The translations under genes were made by a program, and so were the position numbers. DNA of 64,000 bases from NCBI GenBank assembly GCA_045613785.1, contig JAZLBQ010000001.1, positions 2,571 through 66,570 on the forward strand. Direction: 5' to 3'. The notes below the pieces were generated by a model. That model made no database searches, had not been told where the DNA came from, and saw only the letters and a program-made list of their open reading frames with translations. Of the stretch, positions 44,937 to 54,525 are shown piece after piece. The stretch's first letter is position 1. Every line of letters begins with the position of its first letter. The stretch comes from Candidatus Enterousia sp. (GTDB lineage: Bacteria > Pseudomonadota > Alphaproteobacteria > Rs-D84).

Positions 44937-45437
44937 ATGAGATGTCCATATTGCAATTCTACGGATAGCAGGGTGACGGATTCGCGACCAGATATAGAGG
45001 ACGCGATTATTCGTCGTAGGCGTGTTTGTGAACAGTGCGGTGCGAAATATACAACCGTTGAACGTGTTCAAATGCGTGATTTAATGGTGCGAAAAAATAG
45101 TGGTAAGTTAGAGGCTTTTGATAGGGAAAAGCTGCGTCGCAGTATTAAATTAGCATGTAGAAATCGTGATGTCGGCGATGAACAGATTGAACGACTGGTG
45201 ACTTCAATCCATCGCAGATTAGAAACAGAAACCCCAGACGATACGGTCACAAGTGCATTAGTTGGTCAGATGGTTTCGGATTCTTTGTTAAACTTGGATC
45301 CAATTGCTTTTGTGCGTTTCGTTTCAGTGTATCGCAAGTTCTCTCGTGTTTCTGATTTTAAAAAAATTATCGATAAAATACCAGAAGATGATGATGATGC
45401 AGTTGTATGTAAATTGCCGAAAACATCGCTGTTTTGA
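44937..45437 (+). CDS. nrdR: transcriptional repressor NrdR
   Basis: MRCPYCNSTDSRVTDSRP..RRRRVCEQCGAKYTTVERV is a zinc ribbon plus ATP-cone. Start set at the ATG at 44937; the track start is TTG. Confidence 0.95.
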   Translation: MRCPYCNSTDSRVTDSRPDIEDAIIRRRRVCEQCGAKYTTVERVQMRDLMVRKNSGKLEAFDREKLRRSIKLACRNRDVGDEQIERLVTSIHRRLETETPDDTVTSALVGQMVSDSLLNLDPIAFVRFVSVYRKFSRVSDFKKIIDKIPEDDDDAVVCKLPKTSLF

Positions 45438-45446
45438 TGATATAAA

Positions 45447-47171
45447 ATGAAAAAAATTCTGTCTATTTTTATTGGATTGGTTTTGCCGCTGAATTTGTTG
45501 GCGGCGGATTTGCCACAGATTTTGTCTGATGTGGATGCTAGTCTTTATGAACAAATCTTTATGTTGCAGGATAAGGAAAAGATAAACACAGCAATAAATG
45601 TGCAAAACCAAGTCGCAGATAAGTTGTTGATGAACGAAGTTCTATATCAACGCTATATTTCTGATTCTTATCGCACAAAGGGACGTGAAATTGTTGAGTG
45701 GATGGAACGCTATTACGATATGCCAGGAGCAACTCGTATGGAAAAGTTGGCCAAAATAAAGCAGGCAACCGTTCGCAAGGCAAAAGTGCCAAGTATTATG
45801 ACAGGCTCGGAATCAATCGAAACGGCACAATCTGAAACCTGGACCGCAAAAAAATATACGGGTGCGACAGAAAAAAAGATAAATGAATTTAAACGGGCGA
45901 TTCGTAGCGGTTCAACTAAGGTGGCACGTGAAATTTTAGAGACTAGGTCGTTCAAAAAGAAACTTACAGAATCTGATTATGGTCGTTTGGCCGGGCGTTT
46001 AGCGTATATTTATTATACTAATGGTGAAATGGAATTGGCAAAAAAGTGGGGGTTCGTTGCGTCAGATGCAAATTCTGAATACGGTTTGTGGGCGATGGGA
46101 CTGCTGTATTTTAAAGAAGAAAAATATGCCGAGGCTCAAAAGTATTTTAGTCGAATCTTGGATTTGCCACAGATAAATAATGCACGAAAAACCGAAGCCG
46201 CTTTTTGGGCAGGACGTGCCGCAGACTTTAACGGGGATAGAAATACCGCAAGAAAATATTGGCAGGTCGCTGCTGCATATCCAATGGCTTTTTATGGTGC
46301 GTTGTCAGCAACTATGTTAGGACAAAAGCCAGAATATGAATTCTTTGAACAGGAAGTGACCGATGAGGATATCGAAGAACTAAGTGCGTTAAAATATGGT
46401 AAAAAAGCCTTGGCCTTGTTGCAGGTCGGACGCAAGGATAGAGCGGAAGAGTATTTGAAGTATTTAATTACTTCTAAGGCTTCAGATAGAACATTGCATG
46501 CAATAAATGCAGTTGCAACGGCGTATAGTATGCCACGTGTGTCAATTCAGGCGGCCTCTGTTATCAAAGATAGGGGAATTTTAGAAATTGATGATGATAT
46601 TATTTATTCTGCCCAATATCCTTTGCCAGATTGGGAACCAATGGGTGGGTGGTCTATTGACCGGGCGTTGTTGCTGGCAATCACAAAACAAGAAAGTAAT
46701 TTTAGAGTTTCTGCAAAGTCTGGGGCAGGAGCTAATGGTTTAATGCAATTGATGCCAAGCACTGCAAAACGTGTCGCACGGGCAAACAAGGTTGATATTA
46801 CCCAGATGGATATGTCTAATCCTGAACATAATATGTTCTTGGGACAGCAGTATATTGTTGATTTGTTGGCTCATCCAAGTGTTGAGAACAGTATTATTAA
46901 AATGTTGGCGGCTTATAATGCAGGAATGGGGACAATGGTCAAGTTTGAAAAATCGTTCTATACCTATGACCCGTTGTTGTATATCGAGAGTTTCCCAGCC
47001 TATGAAACACGCAGTTATATCAAGCGTGTGATGTCAAATCTGTGGCTGTATCGTGCCAGATTAGGGCAACCATTGACTTCTATGGAAGAATTAGCCGATG
47101 GTAATTGGCCGTTGTATAATAGCGAAGATGCTTATGTGCAACAACAAATTGCAGAACGTATGACGATATAA
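45447..47171 (+). CDS. slt: soluble lytic murein transglycosylase (Slt family)
   Basis: Signal peptide, superhelical N-terminal region, and an SLT domain with LLAITKQESNFRVSAKSGAGANGLMQLMPSTA..AAYNAGMG. Confidence 0.9.
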   Translation: MKKILSIFIGLVLPLNLLAADLPQILSDVDASLYEQIFMLQDKEKINTAINVQNQVADKLLMNEVLYQRYISDSYRTKGREIVEWMERYYDMPGATRMEKLAKIKQATVRKAKVPSIMTGSESIETAQSETWTAKKYTGATEKKINEFKRAIRSGSTKVAREILETRSFKKKLTESDYGRLAGRLAYIYYTNGEMELAKKWGFVASDANSEYGLWAMGLLYFKEEKYAEAQKYFSRILDLPQINNARKTEAAFWAGRAADFNGDRNTARKYWQVAAAYPMAFYGALSATMLGQKPEYEFFEQEVTDEDIEELSALKYGKKALALLQVGRKDRAEEYLKYLITSKASDRTLHAINAVATAYSMPRVSIQAASVIKDRGILEIDDDIIYSAQYPLPDWEPMGGWSIDRALLLAITKQESNFRVSAKSGAGANGLMQLMPSTAKRVARANKVDITQMDMSNPEHNMFLGQQYIVDLLAHPSVENSIIKMLAAYNAGMGTMVKFEKSFYTYDPLLYIESFPAYETRSYIKRVMSNLWLYRARLGQPLTSMEELADGNWPLYNSEDAYVQQQIAERMTI

Positions 47172-47197
47172 AAAAATGCCCGGTTGGGCATTTTTTT
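47170..47197. terminator. bidirectional terminator
   Basis: A7-TGCCC-GGTT-GGGCA-T7 between convergent genes. Confidence 0.85.
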
Positions 47198-47507
47198 ATC
47201 GGGTTTTGTAATAATCGCACAGTTTTGCAATTTCGGCGGCTTTTTTTATTGCGATTTTTTCGGCTTCGTCGTGTAGCCAGGCGCCGTCTTTGCATATTAG
47301 GCGTTGACTTGTTTGTTGGATTTTGCCGTTTGGTAGTTCGTATTCTTCGATGCTGTTTCCGTCGATTGTCGGGCAAAATGATTCTTCGATATGAATGTTG
47401 AAATAAAATCTGACGCCAAATTTACAATGTTTTGCACAGCCGTTACAAAAATTATCATAAGAATTGTTATAATGTGTGTTTATTTTTTGTTTCTGTGTAA
47501 ATGACAT
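47196..47507 (-). CDS. small Cys-containing hypothetical protein (103 aa)
   Basis: ORF with CNGCAKHC..CPTIDG..ICKDG. Ends ..CDYYKTR, sharing an identical 17-nt 3' end with the upstream gene. Confidence 0.55.
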   Translation of the reverse strand: MSFTQKQKINTHYNNSYDNFCNGCAKHCKFGVRFYFNIHIEESFCPTIDGNSIEEYELPNGKIQQTSQRLICKDGAWLHDEAEKIAIKKAAEIAKLCDYYKTR

Positions 47508-47523
47508 CTTGAAACCTTTGTGT

Positions 47524-47835
47524 TTATCGGGTTTTGTAATTGTTATTAAGTTCGTTTTTTAATTTGCGTAGTCGTTGAATACTTGCAAGGCTGTTTTGGG
47601 CACACTGATGATTCATACCTGCAATATATAAATTGTATGCACCAATCAAGGCATCCAAGGCTGCCCAATGATAGTCGCCTTTGATTGCCAGACCAATTGC
47701 GGTGGCCAAGACAATCGTGCCTGCGCCAAAGCATAGGTGGCCGACGGTGGAATTGCGGCGGACATTTTTTGAGTTTTTATTTATGCAATTGTCAATGTCG
47801 TTGGTTATGGTCTTGATTAGTTTGTCGTTTGTCAT
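47524..47835 (-). CDS. small membrane protein (103 aa, hypothetical)
   Basis: Start moved to the ATG at 47835, 4 nt after the upstream stop. TM segment HLCFGAGTIVLATAIGLAI. Ends ..NNYKTR. Confidence 0.55.
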   Translation of the reverse strand: MTNDKLIKTITNDIDNCINKNSKNVRRNSTVGHLCFGAGTIVLATAIGLAIKGDYHWAALDALIGAYNLYIAGMNHQCAQNSLASIQRLRKLKNELNNNYKTR

Positions 47836-47839
47836 CTTT

Positions 47840-48103
47840 TTATCTTTGTTTGTTGTTTTGGTTGTTTTTATTATTTGTGTGAATCTCATATATTCGCTGG
47901 GCGGAATATGTGAAAAGTAACAGATATAACAGAGTTGATGTCATTGTGTTGTTGTCATAGCCGTGCTGAATCATTTGGGTCGTTTGTGCAATAATGCGAC
48001 CTGTTGCTATGCCGTTGACGGTTAAAAAAAGAATAATCCGAAAATTAAAACCAGGTTTTGGTTCGTTTTCTGTGTTTTTGTTAAGGTTATAATTATTATT
48101 CAT
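47840..48103 (-). CDS. small membrane protein (87 aa, hypothetical)
   Basis: ATG at 48103; the track start at 48145 is TTG. Two hydrophobic segments: FRIILFLTVNGIATGRIIA and LLYLLLFTY. Confidence 0.5.
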   Translation of the reverse strand: MNNNYNLNKNTENEPKPGFNFRIILFLTVNGIATGRIIAQTTQMIQHGYDNNTMTSTLLYLLLFTYSAQRIYEIHTNNKNNQNNKQR

Positions 48104-48176
48104 AGTGGTTTTATTGTTTTGCAGAAAAGACGATTTGTCAAGCAAAAACAGTTTTGTTTTTACTTTTTATAATGCT

Positions 48177-48815
48177 ATGCTTATTGGTATGAAGAAAGAT
48201 ATTCCTGATTTTAGTATTGAGGCTGAATCTGGCTTTGCGATGGTCGCTGGCGTTGATGAGGCAGGGCGTGGACCATTGTGTGGGCCTGTTGTTGCGGCGG
48301 CGGTTGTTTTCCAAAATCGTGATGCTGAAATACCGGTTGTTATTCGTGATTCAAAACAGATGACTCAAAAACAACGGCAGGCTGCATTTGAATGGATTTG
48401 CCAAAATACTATATGGGCAGTGGGGCAATGTAGTCCGGCTGAAATTGATGAATTGAATATTTTATGGGCATCCATGTTGGCAATGCAACGTGCAGTTCAA
48501 AATTTGCACTGTAATCCACAATATTGTCTGGTGGACGGGAACAGGTTGCCGAACAATTTGGTTGGAAAAGCAGTTGTGAAAGGTGATGCAAAGTCAATTT
48601 CTGTAGCGGCGGCTTCAATTGTTGCCAAGGAAACCAGGGATAAAATTATGGCAGATTTGGCACGCCAATATCCTGAATATGGGTGGGATAAAAATGCAGG
48701 ATATCCTACAAAATCGCATTTGTGTGCAATTGAAAAGTATGGTATAAATCAGCATTATCGAAAAAGTTTTGGACCAATAAAGGAAAGGATAAAAAATGAA
48801 ACTGCGAACGATTGA
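48177..48815 (+). CDS. rnhB: ribonuclease HII
   Basis: VAGVDEAGRGPLCGPVVAAAVV..DSKQMT..LVDGN..KGDAKS..AAASIVAK. The start is uncertain (ATG at 48177 or 48189; the track start is GTG). Confidence 0.9.
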   Translation: MLIGMKKDIPDFSIEAESGFAMVAGVDEAGRGPLCGPVVAAAVVFQNRDAEIPVVIRDSKQMTQKQRQAAFEWICQNTIWAVGQCSPAEIDELNILWASMLAMQRAVQNLHCNPQYCLVDGNRLPNNLVGKAVVKGDAKSISVAAASIVAKETRDKIMADLARQYPEYGWDKNAGYPTKSHLCAIEKYGINQHYRKSFGPIKERIKNETAND

Positions 48816-49965
48816 AAATATTGATGTCCGGGGTAAATTTGTTTTGTTGCGTGATGACTTTAATGTTCAGATTGTTGATGGGAAAATAACAGATCCGTTC
48901 AGAATCGAGCAAAGTATGCCAACAATAAAGGCGTTGCGTGATGCGGGGGCACGTGTTGCAATTGTTGCACATCGTGGTCGTCCAAAGGGTGAAAGAAATC
49001 CAGAATATTCATTAAAGCCAATCGCAGATTATATGGGAATTAAATTGATTCCTGATTGTCTGGACAAGGATTTTATGAAAGATATGCATGATGGTGATTT
49101 GGTGTTGTTGGAAAATGTTCGTTTTTATGCAGGTGAAGAAAAAAATGACCCTGCATTTGCGGCGGAATTGGCACATGGGTATGATATTTTTATAAATGAT
49201 GCATTTGCTGTTTCGCATCGTGCACATGCCAGCACAGTTGGTGTGGCGGAAATTTTGCCGTCATATGCCGGTAATTTATTGTCGTCCGAGATAGAGCATT
49301 TAAGTGCGGTTATGGAAAATCCGAAACGTCCATTGTTGTCGATTGTTGCAGGCAGCAAGGTTTCAACAAAAATTGGTGTGTTAAAAGCATTGGCAAAATT
49401 GTCAGATACATTGATTATTGGCGGTGCGTTGGGGACAACGTTTAATTATGCAATGGGGGGACGTGTCGGTAATTCGTTGTATGAGGCGGATCAAAAAGAT
49501 ACTGCGTTGGAAATTTTGAAGTATGCCAAGGAAAATAATTGCGAGGTTTTATTGCCGTTGGATAAAGGTGTGGCCAAGGTATTTGAACGTGATGCTGTGC
49601 GGATGAACAAAGATTTTACAGAAATCGAAGAAGATGATGTGATTATTGATGCTGGTGAAAAAACAACCCGGCGTGATGTTGATGCAATTCGAAAAGCTGC
49701 TACAGTTATTTGGAATGGAACTGTTGGTATGGCCGAGTGGATGCCAACATGGTCGTATGGTTCGTTTGCATTGGCAAATGCAATTGCCCAGCAAACAAAA
49801 GCTGGTAAATTGGTAAGTGTTGTTGGTGGGGGAGATACAGTTGCCGCACTGGAAGCGACAGGATTAAAAGACGATATAACATATGTTTCAACAGGCGGTG
49901 GAGCGTTCTTGGAATTTATCGAAGGGCGAATATTACCGGGAATTGCAATTTTGGAAAACAAATAA
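48796..49965 (+). CDS. pgk: phosphoglycerate kinase
   Basis: VLLRDDFNVQI..ITDPFRIEQSMPTIKAL..AHRGRPKG..FINDAFAVSHRAHAS..STGGGAFLEF. Confidence 0.95.
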   Translation: MKLRTIENIDVRGKFVLLRDDFNVQIVDGKITDPFRIEQSMPTIKALRDAGARVAIVAHRGRPKGERNPEYSLKPIADYMGIKLIPDCLDKDFMKDMHDGDLVLLENVRFYAGEEKNDPAFAAELAHGYDIFINDAFAVSHRAHASTVGVAEILPSYAGNLLSSEIEHLSAVMENPKRPLLSIVAGSKVSTKIGVLKALAKLSDTLIIGGALGTTFNYAMGGRVGNSLYEADQKDTALEILKYAKENNCEVLLPLDKGVAKVFERDAVRMNKDFTEIEEDDVIIDAGEKTTRRDVDAIRKAATVIWNGTVGMAEWMPTWSYGSFALANAIAQQTKAGKLVSVVGGGDTVAALEATGLKDDITYVSTGGGAFLEFIEGRILPGIAILENK

Positions 49966-49989
49966 AAATCCCCCAGGTGGGGGATTTTT
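49964..49989. terminator. bidirectional terminator (TCCCC/GGGGA family)
   Basis: AAAAATCCCCC-AGGT-GGGGGATTTTT between convergent genes. Confidence 0.85.
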
Positions 49990-50839
49990 ATTTGTTTGTG
50001 GCATTGCATTTTGTGTTTGTGTCGTCCTTTATTATTTCAAAATATCCTGCGTCGTTTACGTATTGTTGGGGAGGTAGGTAGCATTCACTGAGTTGTGTTG
50101 CACCTGTACCCTCTGTTGTGCCGTTATGTGGGCATTGTGTACAGGTATTGTTAGTTTTGTAAAAAGACTTGTTGCATGAGAAATCTTCGCTGCCATCACA
50201 ACTTGCGTTTGCTGGACATCTAGTGCACTGATTATTGTTTATGAAGCGATCTGATCGACATATGCATGCGTTGGTGGTTTCGGTAAAACCGTTGTTGCAA
50301 GTGAATTTTAGACCGTCACATGTTGCGTGCTCTGGACAGTCGTAACATTCGCCATTGTAGATGAATTGATTATCAGAACACGTGAGACCTTCCTTTACAC
50401 AAATGGTTCCGGTTTCATTTTTTTTATAGCCGTCTTTGCAGGCAAAGGTGCTGTTGTTGCCACCATTGCATTCTGCGTTATCGGGGCATTTTGTGCAGCC
50501 TGTTGATGCTGATGTTGCCGAGCCATAATAACCGGGGGCACATTCGTATGTTGTGCTGATTATTTTACATTCGCATGTGTAACGACCTTCTTGATTTGGA
50601 CAGTTTTCATAAAATGATTTTTTCAATCTTTGTCTAACACCGTTATTGACAATACCGAACGTATCCTCTTTGCATAACTTGCATGCATCGTCGGAGCATG
50701 TTTCATCTGGGGTTATAAAGTCACGATCACCACACTCGGGTCTGAGTTCTTTGATGCAGGTTGTTGTTGTGGTGGTGGCGGCGTTGGAATTTTCAATCAG
50801 GCAGATTGATGTAATGAATATAAATATCAGTTTTTTCAT
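49988..50839 (-). CDS. secreted protein made of CxxCP cysteine repeats (furin-like / ephrin-receptor-like / Giardia-VSP-like)
   Basis: Signal peptide MKKLIFIFITSICLIENSNA. The mature sequence has 42 Cys, with repeated units CAPGYY..CTKCPDNAECNGG, CYDCPEHATCDG, CTRCPANASCDG and CTQCPHNG. Confidence 0.75.
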   Translation of the reverse strand: MKKLIFIFITSICLIENSNAATTTTTTCIKELRPECGDRDFITPDETCSDDACKLCKEDTFGIVNNGVRQRLKKSFYENCPNQEGRYTCECKIISTTYECAPGYYGSATSASTGCTKCPDNAECNGGNNSTFACKDGYKKNETGTICVKEGLTCSDNQFIYNGECYDCPEHATCDGLKFTCNNGFTETTNACICRSDRFINNNQCTRCPANASCDGSEDFSCNKSFYKTNNTCTQCPHNGTTEGTGATQLSECYLPPQQYVNDAGYFEIIKDDTNTKCNATNK

Positions 50840-50902
50840 TTTATTTTCAGGGGTTGTTATTTCAAATGTATAGTATCAGATTTTATGGCGGTTTCCTAGA
50901 AT

Positions 50903-50931
50903 AAAAAAATCCCCAATTTGGGGATTCTTTT
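50903..50931 (-). terminator. rho-independent terminator of ssb (TCCCC/GGGGA family)
   Basis: Minus strand: GAATCCCC-AAAT-TGGGGATT followed by T7. Confidence 0.8.
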
Positions 50932-50933
50932 AT

Positions 50934-51392
50934 TTAAAACGGAATTTCGTCGCCAATGTCCCCAACAGATATATCTTCACGTGGGGCGGCAGTAGGTGCA
51001 GCGGATGCGACATATTCTGATGTTGTGCCGTCAACACCCTTGGCACCAGACAGGATTACCATTTGACCGGCAAATGGGTTCAAGACAACTTCGGTTGTGA
51101 ATACGTCTGCACCAGACTGATTTTGCCATTTGCGAGTTTTTAATGAACCTTCAAGGTATAATTTTGTGCCTTTTTGCAATAGGCGTTCTGCAACTTCTAC
51201 CAAATTAGGGTTGAAAATTACAACACGATGCCATTCGGTTTGTTCTTTCTGTTCGCCAGTCGCACGATCACGCCAACGATCCGATGTCGCCAGTGAAAAA
51301 CTGACTACTTTCTGACCACTGCCCATGGTGCGAACCTGTGGTTCTTGGCCAATGTTGCCAACCAATATTACTTTATTTATGCTGCCTGCCAT
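50934..51392 (-). CDS. ssb: single-stranded DNA-binding protein
   Basis: [30 protein letters not shown].. and an acidic tail ..DIGDEIPF. Confidence 0.95.
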   Translation of the reverse strand: MAGSINKVILVGNIGQEPQVRTMGSGQKVVSFSLATSDRWRDRATGEQKEQTEWHRVVIFNPNLVEVAERLLQKGTKLYLEGSLKTRKWQNQSGADVFTTEVVLNPFAGQMVILSGAKGVDGTTSEYVASAAPTAAPREDISVGDIGDEIPF

Positions 51393-51466
51393 ATCACTTC
51401 CTTTGTTTTGTTAAATTCTTTAACCGATTTGAGCAATATTTTAGGCAAATTGCAAGTTTTTTTATA

Positions 51467-53332
51467 TTAAAACTGTATTTTCGTTTTGGCGATTGTATAA
51501 ACTTCGTCCGTGCCGTATGGATTGTCTATAAATCCAACCGTCAGGAATTTGTAAGTTGCATTAAATGCAACAGATGGACGGTCAACCAGATTCAGGTTGT
51601 AGTCTTGGTATTCAATGCTACCATCAATACGACGACCCGTCGGGGTGCGTAAATTCATATGCCCACTGATGATTGTGTCAGGAGTTCCAATGCTGAATGT
51701 CCAATCGTTGTGGCGAACGCCGATTTCAAATGATGCAGTATAGATATCTGAAAAGTGGTTGATTATTGATTCTGGTGATGAACTTGGGTTTGTCGTTCCC
51801 AGCGTTGTGCGGTGAAATAATTCATATTCGCCAATGTTGTATTGGTTGTTGAAACCAACATAGGTTATGATGTTTTCTGAATCTGTGGATAAAAAGCCGT
51901 CGCCAGTGAACATGTTTGTCTTGCGAACGCCAAATTCAATGTTGTTTAACTGAATCTGTGGTGTTTCGCTGTTTATCAGGCGTTCAAAACCAATGCTGCG
52001 GTTCTGGACAGAAATGTTGTCGTTTAGACGTGTGTCAAATGCACGACCATAACTGTCAACAAATGAAAATGTTAAATTCTGGGATTTAATTTGATGACCG
52101 ATTGTGCCGCCAATGTGTGCTGTGCGAAGTGGAACAGTAACATCATCTGATAATGGAACAAGGGCGGCGCCGACTGGACGGGTTGCACGTTCCAGGTCTA
52201 GCATGCCATGACCATAAACACTGTCAATGCCAACATCGCCAATATCACGGGCAGTTTCGAATAATAGTGATGTTATCTGGGGAGATGTCATGTATGGAAA
52301 GGCTTCTTGGATAACGGCGATGGCGGCCGATACGATTGGGGCGGCAAAGCTGGTGCCGTCAAGTGGGGCGGCGGCCATTGTTGAATCAAGACCTGTGCCA
52401 GGGGCAGTAATGCAATAGTTCTGGGTAATGCCACAGGCGTTGCTGAATGTTGCTAGTGTTCCTGTTGTGGTGTCAAATGCAACAACGTTCACAAAGTGGC
52501 CGGATAGTTCAGGAATATGCAGGGGCAGGGCAGATAATGCACTGGATTCGGAATTGTATTCGTTGCCTGCTGCCCAAACAAATATCGCATCGTTTTGTTC
52601 GACAGCATTCTTTAATGAATTGATAAAGTTTGCGTCTGTGTTGCGAATCATCTGTTGGGTGTTGCGGATGTCTGTGGCAGACATATTCTGGGCTGCCCAG
52701 CTGAAATTATAAATGTTTGCACCGTCATTTGTTGCGTTGTTGATGACCTCTCCGATTTCATAGAAAGATTTAAATTCGTTCTGACTGTATGAAACCTGAT
52801 ATGATTTGACTGTTGCGTCAGGGGCAACCTGGGCACCGGCAAGATAGGCAACGTTGCCACCGTGATATGAGTTTTTACCGCCGTCCAAGACTGCAATAGT
52901 TGAATTTTTGCCGGTATAGCCACGTGCTAGTGAATATGCCAGGCGGATTTCATTGTATTGATTTTGATTGCGGCTGTATTCGCCAGCGTTTGTAATTGAT
53001 GCCAGGCTGAGCTGATCAATGTCGCCACCAACCATAGTATATGATGGCAGTGTTGGAATTGTGTGTGGAGTATTGGTTGTTGTGCTGTTAGAATCATTAT
53101 TACTTGATGAAGACAAGCCAACCAAGGCTGCAATGCCACCAATGACAGCGGCTGTGCCACCGACAGCTGTGGCGGTGGTGGCAAATGAAAAACCACTGTT
53201 TTCAGTGTAGTTTGCACACTTGTCAGGATTATAGCGACGGAACATTTCGTTGTCGCAATTGCTTGCAAAAGCAGGGACACAGGTAAGTGTGCCAAACGTA
53301 ATGAACGCCAAAAATGTCTTGTATGCAGCCAT
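51467..53332 (-). CDS. S8 (subtilisin-family) serine protease autotransporter
   Basis: Signal peptide. Intact Asp (IAVLDGG), His (SYHGGNVAYLAGA), Asn (NFSWAA) and Ser (DGTSFAAPIVSAA) motifs. C-terminal beta-barrel ending ..IAKTKIQF. Confidence 0.85.
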   Translation of the reverse strand: MAAYKTFLAFITFGTLTCVPAFASNCDNEMFRRYNPDKCANYTENSGFSFATTATAVGGTAAVIGGIAALVGLSSSSNNDSNSTTTNTPHTIPTLPSYTMVGGDIDQLSLASITNAGEYSRNQNQYNEIRLAYSLARGYTGKNSTIAVLDGGKNSYHGGNVAYLAGAQVAPDATVKSYQVSYSQNEFKSFYEIGEVINNATNDGANIYNFSWAAQNMSATDIRNTQQMIRNTDANFINSLKNAVEQNDAIFVWAAGNEYNSESSALSALPLHIPELSGHFVNVVAFDTTTGTLATFSNACGITQNYCITAPGTGLDSTMAAAPLDGTSFAAPIVSAAIAVIQEAFPYMTSPQITSLLFETARDIGDVGIDSVYGHGMLDLERATRPVGAALVPLSDDVTVPLRTAHIGGTIGHQIKSQNLTFSFVDSYGRAFDTRLNDNISVQNRSIGFERLINSETPQIQLNNIEFGVRKTNMFTGDGFLSTDSENIITYVGFNNQYNIGEYELFHRTTLGTTNPSSSPESIINHFSDIYTASFEIGVRHNDWTFSIGTPDTIISGHMNLRTPTGRRIDGSIEYQDYNLNLVDRPSVAFNATYKFLTVGFIDNPYGTDEVYTIAKTKIQF

Positions 53333-53598
53333 TTTTTCACCTTTGGTTGCGTGCGAGCAACCTCACACTACTTATATAGGACAAAGTGCTTGGTTTGTCA
53401 ATGTTTAATAGGCTTTTTTGCCCAGGGAAAAATTGTGCTCTTTTTTATAATTTTACTTGATTTTTTCTGGTGGATTGGGTATTATCTGGCCACGCACTTT
53501 GTGCGAAGAACACAGCCGTTCTGTAAAAATTGTGTCCAAATCTCTGATTTGGGTGGTCGCAGGCGGTGAGGATAACAACACAAAAAAAGGTAAAAAAT

Positions 53599-54450
53599 AT
53601 GGCATTGCCAACATTTACAATGAAACAGTTGATGGAAGCTGGTGTTCACTTTGGTCACCACACTCGTCGCTGGAATCCATTGATGACACCATATGTTTAT
53701 GGCGTAAAAGATAAAATTCACATTATCAACTTGAATAAAACTGCACCATTATTACACCGTTCTTTGGTCGCATTGGAAGCAATCGCAGCCGCAGGTGGTA
53801 AGGTTCTGTTCGTTGCTACAAAGCATCAGGCAAAAGATATTGTCAAAGATGCAGCAGAACGTTGTGGGCAGTATTATGTCAATAATCGCTGGTTGGGTGG
53901 TATGTTGACAAACTGGACAACAGTTTCACAGTCTATCCGCCGTTTGAAGAAAATGGAAGCCGATATCGAAAACGCTGAAAAATTGGGATTGACCAAGAAA
54001 GAAGTCGGCGTTATGACCAAGGAAGTCGCAAAATTGCGTGATATCTTTGGCGGTATTATGGATATGCACGGTGTTCCACAGGCGATGGTCGTTATCGACG
54101 TGCCTCGTGAAACGAACGCTGTTCGTGAAGCGAAAAATTTGGATATCCCAACAATCGCAATTTGCGATACAAACGCAAATCCAGAAATGGTTGACTATCC
54201 AGTGCCAGGTAATGATGACGCAGCTCGTGCAACACAGTTGTATTGCGACTTGTTCGTAGATGCGATTTTGTCTGGTATCGAAAAACGCTTGGGCGGTGTT
54301 GCCGGTAAAAAGGTTGAATCTGATATGCGTGCAGAAGCCGCTGATGATTTAGAAGATGAAATCAAGGAAAAAGAAGCCAAGATTAAATCAAAAACATCAG
54401 AAGCACGTGCAGAACGCCGTGGCAAAATGGCCGAAAAAGCAGATAAATAA
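53599..54450 (+). CDS. rpsB: 30S ribosomal protein S2
   Basis: The ATG at 53599 gives MALPTFTMKQLMEAGVHFGHHTRRWNP.., the canonical S2 N-terminus. Followed by tsf. Confidence 0.95.
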   Translation: MALPTFTMKQLMEAGVHFGHHTRRWNPLMTPYVYGVKDKIHIINLNKTAPLLHRSLVALEAIAAAGGKVLFVATKHQAKDIVKDAAERCGQYYVNNRWLGGMLTNWTTVSQSIRRLKKMEADIENAEKLGLTKKEVGVMTKEVAKLRDIFGGIMDMHGVPQAMVVIDVPRETNAVREAKNLDIPTIAICDTNANPEMVDYPVPGNDDAARATQLYCDLFVDAILSGIEKRLGGVAGKKVESDMRAEAADDLEDEIKEKEAKIKSKTSEARAERRGKMAEKADK

Positions 54451-54525
54451 TTTATCTGGACTTAAATTGGTGGGGTCACGTTATGACCCCACAGACTTGA
54501 AATTTTTAATACGGGAGATTTTATT

